Sequence record: PV296018.1
DNA length: 41,011 nt
Strand: one strand, 5' to 3'
DNA from: Enterococcus phage fHoEfa03
The notes under the pieces are model-generated. The model was not told the origin of the DNA and made no database searches. It was given only the letters and a program-made list of their open reading frames with translations. Numbering within the stretch: the stretch's first letter is position 1; each line of letters starts with the position of its first letter. Of the stretch, positions 7,407 to 16,410 are shown piece by piece. The position numbers and the translations under genes were made by a program.

Positions 7407-7713
7407 CAGAAAGATAAGTATCCAACATAAAACCACTCATAAGAACGAATATTATGAGTGGGTCACTGATTGGGAAACCAAGGGCACTATATGGTGTTCA
7501 GTAAAACAACAGTATTTCAAAGACTATAAAGAATCATTAGGTACTGTTTTAGAGGATACAACAAACTTCATTATCAGATACGAACAACAGATTCATATTG
7601 ACAATACTATGCGTGTTGTATACAACGGTGTTAACTATGACATCATACAAGTATTAGAAGGTAGCTTCCAACGTGACTTTACAACGCTTGTATGTAAGAG
7701 GGTGAAGGAATGA
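7378..7713 (+). CDS. Head closure / head-tail adaptor protein.
   Basis: 111 aa. Overlapping, translationally coupled gene in the head-tail joining block. Confidence 0.55.
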   Translation: MPLIPTQRLDRKISIQHKTTHKNEYYEWVTDWETKGTIWCSVKQQYFKDYKESLGTVLEDTTNFIIRYEQQIHIDNTMRVVYNGVNYDIIQVLEGSFQRDFTTLVCKRVKE

Positions 7714-8117
7714 GTAGTCCAAACTACGTTGACTTTTCACAAGTCTACAAGCGATTAGAAAAAAGCGGTAAAAAGGCTGACCTAATTGTTAGTAAGGCAG
7801 TGAATACAGCTGGTGAAAAAGCAATGAATGAACTAAAGCAAAATACACCACGTTTTAACGGCACAAAGTATAGTAGGGATGGTCAGGACTACAAAAAAGA
7901 ACATATGCGTGACCATGTTGTAATGAGTAAAGCAAATAAGAATAACCATATAGCAGAAGTTGGCTTTGATGATGATGTGGCATGGATGGCACACTTTCCA
8001 GAGTTAGGAACAATCAAACAACGACCACAAGGGTTTATACAAAAAACAATAAACAGTATTGAGAGTGAAGTTGCATCAATCATTCAAAAAGCATTGCAGG
8101 AGGCGTTTCTAAAATGA
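7710..8117 (+). CDS. HK97 gp10-like neck / tail-completion protein.
   Basis: 135 aa. Position and size fit. Start overlaps the upstream stop (ATGA). Confidence 0.5.
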   Translation: MSSPNYVDFSQVYKRLEKSGKKADLIVSKAVNTAGEKAMNELKQNTPRFNGTKYSRDGQDYKKEHMRDHVVMSKANKNNHIAEVGFDDDVAWMAHFPELGTIKQRPQGFIQKTINSIESEVASIIQKALQEAFLK

Positions 8118-8479
8118 GATTACCAATATTACAAGTAGCAGAAGCTTTAGAGCAAGCACACCCAGAAGTCAACTGGTTTACTAATGAAGTACCCACTGAA
8201 TTTCAAACATTACCACAATTACCAGTAGGTAGAATTGTAGAACTTGACGGACGGTACACAGAATATGCCAGTGCAGACCCTAATTATTTTGTAACACATG
8301 TTCAGGTGGATTTGTGGTGTGAGGACTTGAAAGAAGTTGAAAAGTATTACTTTGAAATTGACAAGACCATGCGTGCAGATAATGTGCAGTGCGTATTATC
8401 ACAACAATCGTATGACCCAGACCTGGAGGGTGCACGTAGAGTTATCAAACGTTACACAATCAGTCAAAGAGTTGTCTAA
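8114..8479 (+). CDS. Tail terminator-like protein.
   Basis: 121-aa gene immediately upstream of the major tail protein. Confidence 0.5.
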   Translation: MRLPILQVAEALEQAHPEVNWFTNEVPTEFQTLPQLPVGRIVELDGRYTEYASADPNYFVTHVQVDLWCEDLKEVEKYYFEIDKTMRADNVQCVLSQQSYDPDLEGARRVIKRYTISQRVV

Positions 8480-8483
8480 GTGA

Positions 8484-8535
8484 CACCCTAAAACACGTTG
8501 ATTAATGATATAATTATTCTAGTAAGAAAATATAA
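8484..8535 (+). promoter_or_regulatory. Late promoter copy: ACACCCTAAA box, TGaTATAAT, leader TATTCTAGTAAGAAAATATAA.
   Basis: Aligns with 5423-5474 and 9232-9283. Confidence 0.5.
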
Positions 8536-8557
8536 ACACTAAAGGAGAGAAACAAAT

Positions 8558-9124
8558 ATGGCAGTAGTAGGTTTTAAGAAAGCTATTATCAGCGTACCTA
8601 AAGCAGAAGGTTCTGGCGTTGATAAATACACAATTGATAAAAGCGGTGGCGGTACTATTGAAGCGTCAATTCAAGGAATTTCAGCAGAACAAACAACCGT
8701 TTATGCGTCAAACGTTCCAATTTGGGTATCAGCTAAAGGGGTTGGAGAGTTAACAGCTTCATTAAACGTATTTGACTTGTATAAAGACAACGTTTATGAG
8801 AAAATTTTAGGTATTGAACGTGGTGAAGATGGTATTGCAATCGTTGGCGAAGATACAGAAGCACCTTACGTTTCAGCAGTATTTGTTGCAGACGGTGCAG
8901 ACGGTAAAGAAATGTACTTTGGTTTAGTTAAAGGACGTTTCAGCCACCCAGAAATCGCATTGAATACAACAGAATCTGGTGGTACAGAACCAAACACAGA
9001 AACAATTGAAGGTTCATTTGTAACAGATTCACGTGGCTTCGCATACATGAGTGCTGTTTCAAGCGAAACATTAACACTTGATAAGTTTGTTGACAAAGTA
9101 AACAATATTAATCCATTGCCCTAG
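8558..9124 (+). CDS. Major tail protein.
   Basis: 188 aa. Sits directly before the G / G-T chaperone and tape measure genes. The gene ends CCC-TAG. Confidence 0.8.
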   Translation: MAVVGFKKAIISVPKAEGSGVDKYTIDKSGGGTIEASIQGISAEQTTVYASNVPIWVSAKGVGELTASLNVFDLYKDNVYEKILGIERGEDGIAIVGEDTEAPYVSAVFVADGADGKEMYFGLVKGRFSHPEIALNTTESGGTEPNTETIEGSFVTDSRGFAYMSAVSSETLTLDKFVDKVNNINPLP

Positions 9125-9188
9125 TACGCCACCTGTGGTAGGACCGGTGACACCAGCTGAAACATCAGCAACAATTGAATTGACTTAG
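9119..9188 (+). other. Second copy of the conserved 3' recoding-like element (CCC_UAG plus hairpins). The +1 frame encodes STPPVVGPVTPAETSATIELT and stops at 9186-9188.
   Basis: Near-identical to 6735-6797, with one A/C difference. Confidence 0.5.
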
Positions 9189-9214
9189 AAGAGCTTAACG
9201 GCTCTTCTTTTTTA
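9188..9214 (+). terminator. Intrinsic terminator after the major tail gene.
   Basis: gaagagc-ttaacg-gctcttc stem followed by TTTTTTT. Confidence 0.65.
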
Positions 9215-9231
9215 TTACACTGGTTTCACCA

Positions 9232-9283
9232 ACACCCACAACCACTAGTGTTTATGCTATAATATCTTTAGTAAGAAAAATAA
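9232..9283 (+). promoter_or_regulatory. Late promoter copy: ACACCCACAA box, TGcTATAAT, leader ATCTTTAGTAAGAAAAATAA.
   Basis: Aligns with 5423-5474. Confidence 0.55.
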
Positions 9284-9303
9284 CTTTATTGGAGGAATCA
9301 ATT

Positions 9304-9615
9304 ATGATTAAAATTACACTACAAAATGAAGAAGGAAAAAGTTTTACAGTCAAACAAAAATCAATTTCAACTCGTTCAATGCGTGAACTAATTAAATTCC
9401 ATGCAACAGTTGAAAAAGTTGAAGCTGGTGAAGTTGAAATGTCAGAATTACAAATGATTGATGAAATGATTCAATTAGTAGCTGATATGTTCATGGACCC
9501 ACGTGTTACATTTGATGCAATTCAAGATTCAATTACAGCTGATGACCTAATGCCTACGATTGAAGATATTTTCTCAAATGCAATGGGAAGCAATGACGAA
9601 GGAAAAAAAGCCTAG
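9304..9615 (+). CDS. Tail assembly chaperone (gpG-like).
   Basis: Acidic ~100-aa protein directly upstream of the TMP. The likely start is the ATG at 9304 behind GGAGGAA; the track start at 9289 is a TTG. The gene ends with an A7 slippery run before the stop. Confidence 0.7.
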   Translation: MIKITLQNEEGKSFTVKQKSISTRSMRELIKFHATVEKVEAGEVEMSELQMIDEMIQLVADMFMDPRVTFDAIQDSITADDLMPTIEDIFSNAMGSNDEGKKA

Positions 9616-9872
9616 GGGCTGATGAGTTAAAAGAATTAGAAAATACGTCATTCACAGAACAGTTAGAAAACTTTGATGACTTATATAGACAACTATTAGA
9701 AAGTGGTAATTGGAGTTTATCAGAGATAAACAATTCTGATTACTACTTTCTTTTAGATTTATTTAACAATCAGAAAGCCCCTAAAAAAGAGAAGAAGCAA
9801 GACCCTATGTCATTCTTTGGTTCAGTATTATCACCAGCAGAGATGGCTAGAGCGAAAGGAGAAGTTGAATAA
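9304..9872 (+). CDS. G-T fusion chaperone produced by a programmed -1 frameshift at AAAAAAA (9603-9609). The -1 frame is open for ~89 codons and ends at TAA 9870-9872, overlapping the TMP start.
   Basis: Poly-A heptamer read directly in the sequence. The stop-free -1 frame (SLGADELKELENTSFTEQLENFDDLYRQLLESGNWSLSEINNSDYYFLLDLFNNQKAPKKEKKQDPMSFFGSVLSPAEMARAKGEVE) exactly fills the gap to the TMP start. This matches the conserved G/GT paradigm of long-tailed phages. Confidence 0.65.
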
Positions 9873-12800
9873 TGGCAGATAAACCAATTGGTAACATGAA
9901 GTTTGGTATAGGTGTTGAGGGTGTAGATAATACCATTAAAACACTTGACCAGTTGCAAAGTAAAATGCGACAAGCTGAAAGTGCTATGCGTGCAAATGCA
10001 AAGGCTTTTGATGACGGTGGTAAGAGTATGCAAGGTTTAAGTCAAAAAACAAAAGACTTAAACACAGTAATGGGGTTAGAAGAACAAAAGATTAAGATTT
10101 TACAAAAGCGCAGAGATGAAGCCATTCAGAAATATGGTGCTGAATCTAAGCAAGTTGACAATCTTAACACTAAAATTAATCAATCAACAGCTAAGTATAA
10201 TGCATACAACCAACAGTTATCAAAAACAACAACAGCACTAGAGAAACAAGTGGTTTCTTCAAGTAAATACGGTAGACAAGTTGAAGCTAATAACAAGGCA
10301 ACAGAAAAAGAAGTTGCTATTGCCAAAAAACACGGTACAGAGATAGACGTTGTTAAGGCAAAACAAGAGGGTCAACGACGCAACCTAGAGATAATGAACA
10401 AGGCTGTCAGAGAACAGTCAAATGAGGTCACACAGTTAACTAAGAAGTATGGTGCTAACTCAACAGAGGTAAAAGAAGCACAACAAAAATTACAAGCATA
10501 CGCAAATGAAGCACGCAAAAGTGAAAAGAATGTAGATGCTTTAGGTGATGAACTAAAAGAAACAGAAAAAGCAATGAAGGGTGTAAGTACAGAATCAAAA
10601 GAAGCTAGTTCAAGTGCTAGTAAGTTAGATGGTGTGTTTTCATCACTTAAAAAGACAGCTTCTGGTGTAGGTAGTTCTATCAAGTCAGGATTTGGCAAGA
10701 TTGGTTCTGCTATTGGTTCAGCAACAAAAGGTGTAGGTATATTCTTAGGTGCTGGCGCATTAGGTGCAGTTGCAAACATTGGTTCAAAAGCGTTTGATAC
10801 TGTTAAATCATCTATTGATGGTGCATTAAATAGGATTGATACATTAAACAATAGTACACGTGCATTTGAGAACATGGGTGTAGCTACAAAAGACATCACT
10901 AAGAACATGGATAAGTTACAAGAGGCAACACGTGGTTTACCAACAGCCTTAGACAGTGCAGTGAGTAACGTTCAGTTGCTAACAGCTTCAACTGACGACA
11001 TGGGATTGTCCGTTGACGTATTTAAGGCAATGAATGATGCTATCCTAGGTTTTGGCGGAGATGCCCAAATGGTTGACAGCGCGGTTGTTCAGTTATCTCA
11101 ATCGTTCTCAAATGGTAAGGTAGATGCGCAAACGTGGAACTCAATGATTAACAGTGGTTTAGGACCTACCCTTAATGCCTTAGCTAAAGAAATGGGCATG
11201 ACAACAGGGGCATTAAAAGAAGGATTGTCATCAGGTAGCATATCAGTAAGACAGTTCCAAGACGCCTTAGTTAAAATGGATAAAGAAGGTGGTGGCGGTC
11301 TTAAGTCATTAGAAAAGATAGCTAAAGATAGCACACAAGGTTTTGGTACTGCAATAGCCAACATGAAGTCAGCTGTTACGCGTGGTACAGCTAAGATGAT
11401 TGAAGGACTAAACAAATCACTAGAGAAAATGGGTCTACCATCTTTCCAAGAGCAGATAACAAACACAGGTAAAAGGTTTGAAGCTTTCTTGGGTGGATTA
11501 GGTGACAGCCTACCTGAATTAGCCAAAAACCTTTCATGGGTTGGTAAGCTATTCAAGGGTACCTTTGATGTATTTGGAAAAGTTACAGGTGAAGCGTGGG
11601 GTTACTTATCAGACTTTGGTAAAAAAGTGGGCATGTGGGCAGAAAACATTAAACGCATCTGGAAAGGTGAAGGCATTATCAACGTTGGCGCACTTGGCTT
11701 AGACGCTAAGGGTATCAATAGAATTGATTCAGCAGTAAACCAATTCAAATCAGCATTTAGTGGGTTAAAATCATGGGGTTATAACTTTAAATCAGCATGG
11801 GAAGGCAAAGGATTAGTTGACCTAGACATGCTTGGTTTATCAGATGAAAAAATGAAAACAGTATCTGATGCCATTGTTGGTATTAAAGAATCACTAGGTA
11901 GATTTAAGGACTACATCAAAAACGCATTCACATTTGGTACTGGTGACGGTACACCAGCTGGATTCTTTGAAACATTAACAAAAGTAGTTGATTTTATCAC
12001 AGTTGAGGTTATACCAACAATTATACCATTAATTGACAAAGCCTTAAAAGCAATCACTAAGTTACTTGGTGGCGCTCAAAAGATTTTCAAATCAGTATTA
12101 AACTTCTTTGTAAAAGAGCTACTACCAATGATTATGCCAATTATTCAAGAGTTAGCAGAAGCATTAGGTAAGATATTTGACAAAATATCCAATTGGTGGG
12201 ACCAAAATGGTGACCGTATTGGTAAGGCAATTATGAACCTACTTACACTATTGAAACCAATATTTGCTATTGCAATTGAGGTTGTAAAATCATTTGTTAA
12301 ATCAGTTGTGGGATTCATTGATGGAATGGTAGATGTAATCACAGGTATTATTGATGTATTTTCAATGGTACTAACAGGTGACTTCACCGGTTTATGGGAT
12401 GCAATTAAACGTATCTTCTTTGGTGGAATCAAAGCCGTTTGGGAATGGTTCAATCTCATGTTCATTGGTAAGATTTTCAAAGGTGTTAAAGGACTAGGAA
12501 CATCAGTAAAAGGTACAATCAAAGGAATGTGGGATGCTGTTAAGAACTTCTTTACAAGTGGTGGAAGTAGTGCTGGTGCATTATTTGACAGATTTGGTGG
12601 AAGTATCAAAGGTATCGCAAACAACTTCAAGAATGCAATAAGTGGTACAGTAAGTAACATGTGGAATGGTGTTAAGAATTTCTTTAGTAGTGGGGCAAAT
12701 GGTGCTAAAAACATCTTTGATGGATTCAAGAATGGTATCAGTGGTATTGCTAACACTATGAAAAACCTAGTAAGTAACACTATCCGTAACCTTTGGAATG

Positions 12801-14242
12801 GAATTAAGAACACATTTAGTACAGGTATTAAAACAGTTTCAGGCTGGTTTGCTGACCTACCAAACCAAATGGTAAGAGCAGTGAAGAACGGTGCTGGTGC
12901 AATTACTAATGCATTCAAGAGTATTTTCAACGGTGTACTACGAGCAATTGGCGGTCCAGTAAATGGTATTATTGGCGGTGCTAACTGGGTACTAGAAAAG
13001 TTTGGTGCGCCAACAGTTGCTAAATGGGATGTACCACAGTACGAACAAGGAACTGGTTCAGGTGGTCACGTAGGTGGACCAATGGTTGTCAATGACGGTG
13101 GTGGTGCTGAAATGGTCATTACACCAGATGGTAATGCAATGATACCTAAAGGACGTAACGTACTGATGAACGCACCTAAAGGTACACATGTATTAAACGA
13201 ACATGAAACATCCGCATTCTTAGGTAAACGTGGGCGAGTTCCGTTCTACAAAAAAGGAACTGGTTTCATGGATGGGGTAAAAGACATGTGGTCTAATACA
13301 AAATCATTTGTAGGTAACGGAATCAACAAGGTAAAAGAAACCATTGGCGATATTATGGATTGGGTAGGTAAACCATTAGACCTAGCACGCAATGCTATTA
13401 TGGGTGCAATGGACTTAGGTGGACTATCACATATCCCACTTGACATGGCAAAAGGCTTAGGTGGTAAAGCGACAAATGCCTTTGCTGAAAAAGTTAAAGC
13501 CTTATTCAAGAAAAAAGAGGAAGAAGAATCAGCTGGGGCTGGTGGTGACTGGGCTCCTGTTATCCGCAAGGCGGCGAAATACATGGGTCAATCAATCAGT
13601 AGTTCACAGGTAGCTGGTTTAGTTGCTCAAATCATGCGTGAATCAGGTGGTAATGAAAAGATTGTTCAAAGTCCAGATGTGGTTGACATTAACACATTAA
13701 GTGGTAACCCAGCACGTGGATTATTACAATATATTCCACAGACGTTTGATGCCTACAAAGTTGCTGGTCATGGTAACATTAACAATGGTTATCACCAATT
13801 GTTAGCATTCTTCAATAATAGTAACTGGGAAAATGACTTACAGTACGGTAAGTCTGGTTGGGGTCCACGTGGTCACCGTATCAGAGGATACTTCAATGGT
13901 GGTATTGCAAGAACACCACAGATTGCAACACTAGCTGAAAATGGCTATCCAGAAGTTATCATACCTACTGAACCATCTAAACGAGGTAGAGCAATGGCAT
14001 TACTTAACCAAGCTAAACAAATGCTAGGGGTTAAGGATGAACGCAACCATGTTGGTGGAAGTGGTGAATCACAAGATATAGCATTATTAGTTGGTTTAAT
14101 GCAACAGCAGAACGAACTATTGCAAGCTATCTTAGCTAAAAATACAGATATTGTATTGGATGGTAAGAAAATGAACAAGGAACTAAATGCTATACAGGCA
14201 GTAAACGAACGTAACGCAAGACGTAACATGGGTATAATTTAA
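9872..14242 (+). CDS. Tape measure protein with a C-terminal lytic transglycosylase (SLT-like) domain.
   Basis: 1456 aa. Coiled-coil N-terminus. Gly-rich periodic FxNxxSG / WNGxKN repeats. C-terminal MRESGGNE...GLLQYIPQTF motif typical of an SLT catalytic domain. Confidence 0.85.
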   Translation: MADKPIGNMKFGIGVEGVDNTIKTLDQLQSKMRQAESAMRANAKAFDDGGKSMQGLSQKTKDLNTVMGLEEQKIKILQKRRDEAIQKYGAESKQVDNLNTKINQSTAKYNAYNQQLSKTTTALEKQVVSSSKYGRQVEANNKATEKEVAIAKKHGTEIDVVKAKQEGQRRNLEIMNKAVREQSNEVTQLTKKYGANSTEVKEAQQKLQAYANEARKSEKNVDALGDELKETEKAMKGVSTESKEASSSASKLDGVFSSLKKTASGVGSSIKSGFGKIGSAIGSATKGVGIFLGAGALGAVANIGSKAFDTVKSSIDGALNRIDTLNNSTRAFENMGVATKDITKNMDKLQEATRGLPTALDSAVSNVQLLTASTDDMGLSVDVFKAMNDAILGFGGDAQMVDSAVVQLSQSFSNGKVDAQTWNSMINSGLGPTLNALAKEMGMTTGALKEGLSSGSISVRQFQDALVKMDKEGGGGLKSLEKIAKDSTQGFGTAIANMKSAVTRGTAKMIEGLNKSLEKMGLPSFQEQITNTGKRFEAFLGGLGDSLPELAKNLSWVGKLFKGTFDVFGKVTGEAWGYLSDFGKKVGMWAENIKRIWKGEGIINVGALGLDAKGINRIDSAVNQFKSAFSGLKSWGYNFKSAWEGKGLVDLDMLGLSDEKMKTVSDAIVGIKESLGRFKDYIKNAFTFGTGDGTPAGFFETLTKVVDFITVEVIPTIIPLIDKALKAITKLLGGAQKIFKSVLNFFVKELLPMIMPIIQELAEALGKIFDKISNWWDQNGDRIGKAIMNLLTLLKPIFAIAIEVVKSFVKSVVGFIDGMVDVITGIIDVFSMVLTGDFTGLWDAIKRIFFGGIKAVWEWFNLMFIGKIFKGVKGLGTSVKGTIKGMWDAVKNFFTSGGSSAGALFDRFGGSIKGIANNFKNAISGTVSNMWNGVKNFFSSGANGAKNIFDGFKNGISGIANTMKNLVSNTIRNLWNGIKNTFSTGIKTVSGWFADLPNQMVRAVKNGAGAITNAFKSIFNGVLRAIGGPVNGIIGGANWVLEKFGAPTVAKWDVPQYEQGTGSGGHVGGPMVVNDGGGAEMVITPDGNAMIPKGRNVLMNAPKGTHVLNEHETSAFLGKRGRVPFYKKGTGFMDGVKDMWSNTKSFVGNGINKVKETIGDIMDWVGKPLDLARNAIMGAMDLGGLSHIPLDMAKGLGGKATNAFAEKVKALFKKKEEEESAGAGGDWAPVIRKAAKYMGQSISSSQVAGLVAQIMRESGGNEKIVQSPDVVDINTLSGNPARGLLQYIPQTFDAYKVAGHGNINNGYHQLLAFFNNSNWENDLQYGKSGWGPRGHRIRGYFNGGIARTPQIATLAENGYPEVIIPTEPSKRGRAMALLNQAKQMLGVKDERNHVGGSGESQDIALLVGLMQQQNELLQAILAKNTDIVLDGKKMNKELNAIQAVNERNARRNMGII

Positions 14243-14252
14243 AAAAACATTA

Positions 14253-14283
14253 AGACAACCCCTTTACAAGGGTTGTCTTTTGT
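14253..14283 (+). terminator. Intrinsic terminator after the TMP.
   Basis: agacaaccc-ctttacaa-gggttgtct stem followed by TTTGTG. An extended -10 TGtTATAAT follows at 14283-14291. Confidence 0.65.
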
Positions 14284-14317
14284 GTTATAATACTAGTATA
14301 GTAAATTATAAAGGAGA

Positions 14318-16399
14318 ATGAGAATGGCTGAAAATTATGATTTTTTAAGAAGCTTTACCTTTGATGGTAAGGAAACAACACACTTATTTCAAATAGCCAA
14401 AGTGAACATACCTTTTTTATCAAAAGATAATGACTTTTTCACAGTAGGCAACACTGATGGCAAACATTTCAGAAACAGTAAACTAGGTGACTACAGTATT
14501 AGCATTGATGGTTTCATCATTTCAGACAACAGTGGTATGAGTGTTTCAGAAACAAAGGATGAACTAGTCAAGATAATAAACAGTGATGAACCAAAAAGAC
14601 TTATCTTAGATTTATTTCCAGATAGGTATTTCAATGCTATCTACAGTGGAACACAAGAGTATGATGCAACAGACACAAAATACACACCATTCACATTAGT
14701 TTTTGATGTACCTGATGGACTGGCACATGCTATAAACCCAGCTGGGTTTACAAATGTAAAAAGTGGTAATATTAATTTAATCTATGATAGTGAGTTCACT
14801 AAGATTGACCAATACTTGAAACCTTGGGTAAAAGTGCTACCAGAAAAAAGATTGAACAGTACCGTTATTGGTGCAGACTTTACAACAGGTATACCGTTTG
14901 ACTACGATAAAAATAGTACAAAAGGACAAGCGTGGTTTCAAATGAACCAGTATACCAGAAGAATGATTCCTGATTTAAAAGTAGGTGACAGGGTTGTTGC
15001 TGGTATTACATTTAAAGGCTTTGTTGATTCAGATGATGCAGACATTGCTGGAAGAATTGTAGTAGAAGAATGGGGAGATGCACCACTTAGAATCTTGAAA
15101 CGACACACTAGAGATATTCCTAAAGGGACTACAGAATGGACCCACTTCTATTTAGACATTAAGCTTGAATCGCCAAATGTGAAAGGAATAAACTTCCAGT
15201 ATTCCGCATTTGGTAGTGAGTTTAGCGTTGCATATGCTAGACCTTACATGTATTTAAACCCAGAAACAACAGGGCAGTATGTTCCGTCAGAGTTTCAATA
15301 CACTGAAAACATCACAATTCAAAACAAAGGAACTTACAAATCATATCCAACATACACATTTAAAATGAATAGTGACAATGCATTCTGTGGTTTAGTTGAC
15401 GGTAAAGGAAATGTTTTACAATTTGGTTACCCAGCGGAAAAAGATTATATTGAAAAGACAAAGGTAGAAACAGTTAAGTGGTGGGACTTTTGGGGTAACA
15501 AGCCGTTAGATGACTTTAGAATTAACGAGGGGTTCGTTTCAAGCTATCCAAACTATGGTGGTGATATTAATAAGCCTAACATATTTGATGGTACAATAGA
15601 TATGACACTAGACCCAAATAGTGCCACACCTGTTTTTGGTAGCGCAAATGACCAATACTGGCATGGACCAAGCATGGTTGCAGTTATACCACCAAGTTCA
15701 ACCAATGACAGAACATTAAACTTTACAGCAAACATACGTTTCAACTTCAAGTATTCATATTCACCACAAGCAATGGGACGTGTTGAATTTAACCTTGTAG
15801 ATACAGCTGGTGAGTATGTAATGGGTGCAGTATTCCGTGATTCAACAACAACCAGCGATAACATCTTGATTGAGATTGTATACCAAGGTAAAGTAATTCA
15901 CACCCAAACATTTGATAAAAAGAAATTTGGCAATGGGTGGCGAGAAATCAACTTAGAACGCTTAGGTGATAAACTAGTATGGCGCTTGTGTTCAATCAAA
16001 TCAATTAATCAGTTTGACAATGTTGTCAAGAAAGATGAATATAAGTATACGCTTAATGAAAAAAACACACAACAGATTTACGAGTTCGGAACTTGGTTTC
16101 AAAGATGGCGCTCAAATCTGCATATATTAATGGATATTTCAGATGCTAAAATGCGTTGGAAAGATACACCATATCTACAAGATGTGAAAAACGTATTTCA
16201 AAACGGTGACCAAGTAACCATTGACACAGCAACACGTACGCTTTACGTTAATGGCACACCAAACGGAACACTAAACACACTAGGTAACGACTGGGAGAAA
16301 TTCGTATTACCAATAGGTGAAACCGTAATAAAACCAGTTTATTCTGATTTTGCACTAACACCAGTGGTTAATGTTTCAGTAAATGAAAGATATTTATAG
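14318..16399 (+). CDS. Distal tail protein (Dit) with a long C-terminal extension ('evolved' Dit, probably carrying carbohydrate-binding modules).
   Basis: Siphovirus distal-tail N-terminal region (first ~150 aa) in the canonical position after the TMP. 693 aa versus ~250-300 aa for a classical Dit. The start may be the ATG at 14324. Confidence 0.65.
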   Translation: MRMAENYDFLRSFTFDGKETTHLFQIAKVNIPFLSKDNDFFTVGNTDGKHFRNSKLGDYSISIDGFIISDNSGMSVSETKDELVKIINSDEPKRLILDLFPDRYFNAIYSGTQEYDATDTKYTPFTLVFDVPDGLAHAINPAGFTNVKSGNINLIYDSEFTKIDQYLKPWVKVLPEKRLNSTVIGADFTTGIPFDYDKNSTKGQAWFQMNQYTRRMIPDLKVGDRVVAGITFKGFVDSDDADIAGRIVVEEWGDAPLRILKRHTRDIPKGTTEWTHFYLDIKLESPNVKGINFQYSAFGSEFSVAYARPYMYLNPETTGQYVPSEFQYTENITIQNKGTYKSYPTYTFKMNSDNAFCGLVDGKGNVLQFGYPAEKDYIEKTKVETVKWWDFWGNKPLDDFRINEGFVSSYPNYGGDINKPNIFDGTIDMTLDPNSATPVFGSANDQYWHGPSMVAVIPPSSTNDRTLNFTANIRFNFKYSYSPQAMGRVEFNLVDTAGEYVMGAVFRDSTTTSDNILIEIVYQGKVIHTQTFDKKKFGNGWREINLERLGDKLVWRLCSIKSINQFDNVVKKDEYKYTLNEKNTQQIYEFGTWFQRWRSNLHILMDISDAKMRWKDTPYLQDVKNVFQNGDQVTIDTATRTLYVNGTPNGTLNTLGNDWEKFVLPIGETVIKPVYSDFALTPVVNVSVNERYL

Positions 16400-16410
16400 G
16401 AGGAATTTAA

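Noticed and set aside
10372-13584. Several minus-strand ORFs (10372-10908, 11098-11556, 12145-12930, 13246-13584) inside the tape measure gene.
   Set aside because: They are antisense to a 1456-aa intact ORF with clear TMP features. They are Pro/Ser/Leu-rich, as expected from the reverse translation of a Gly/Lys-rich gene.
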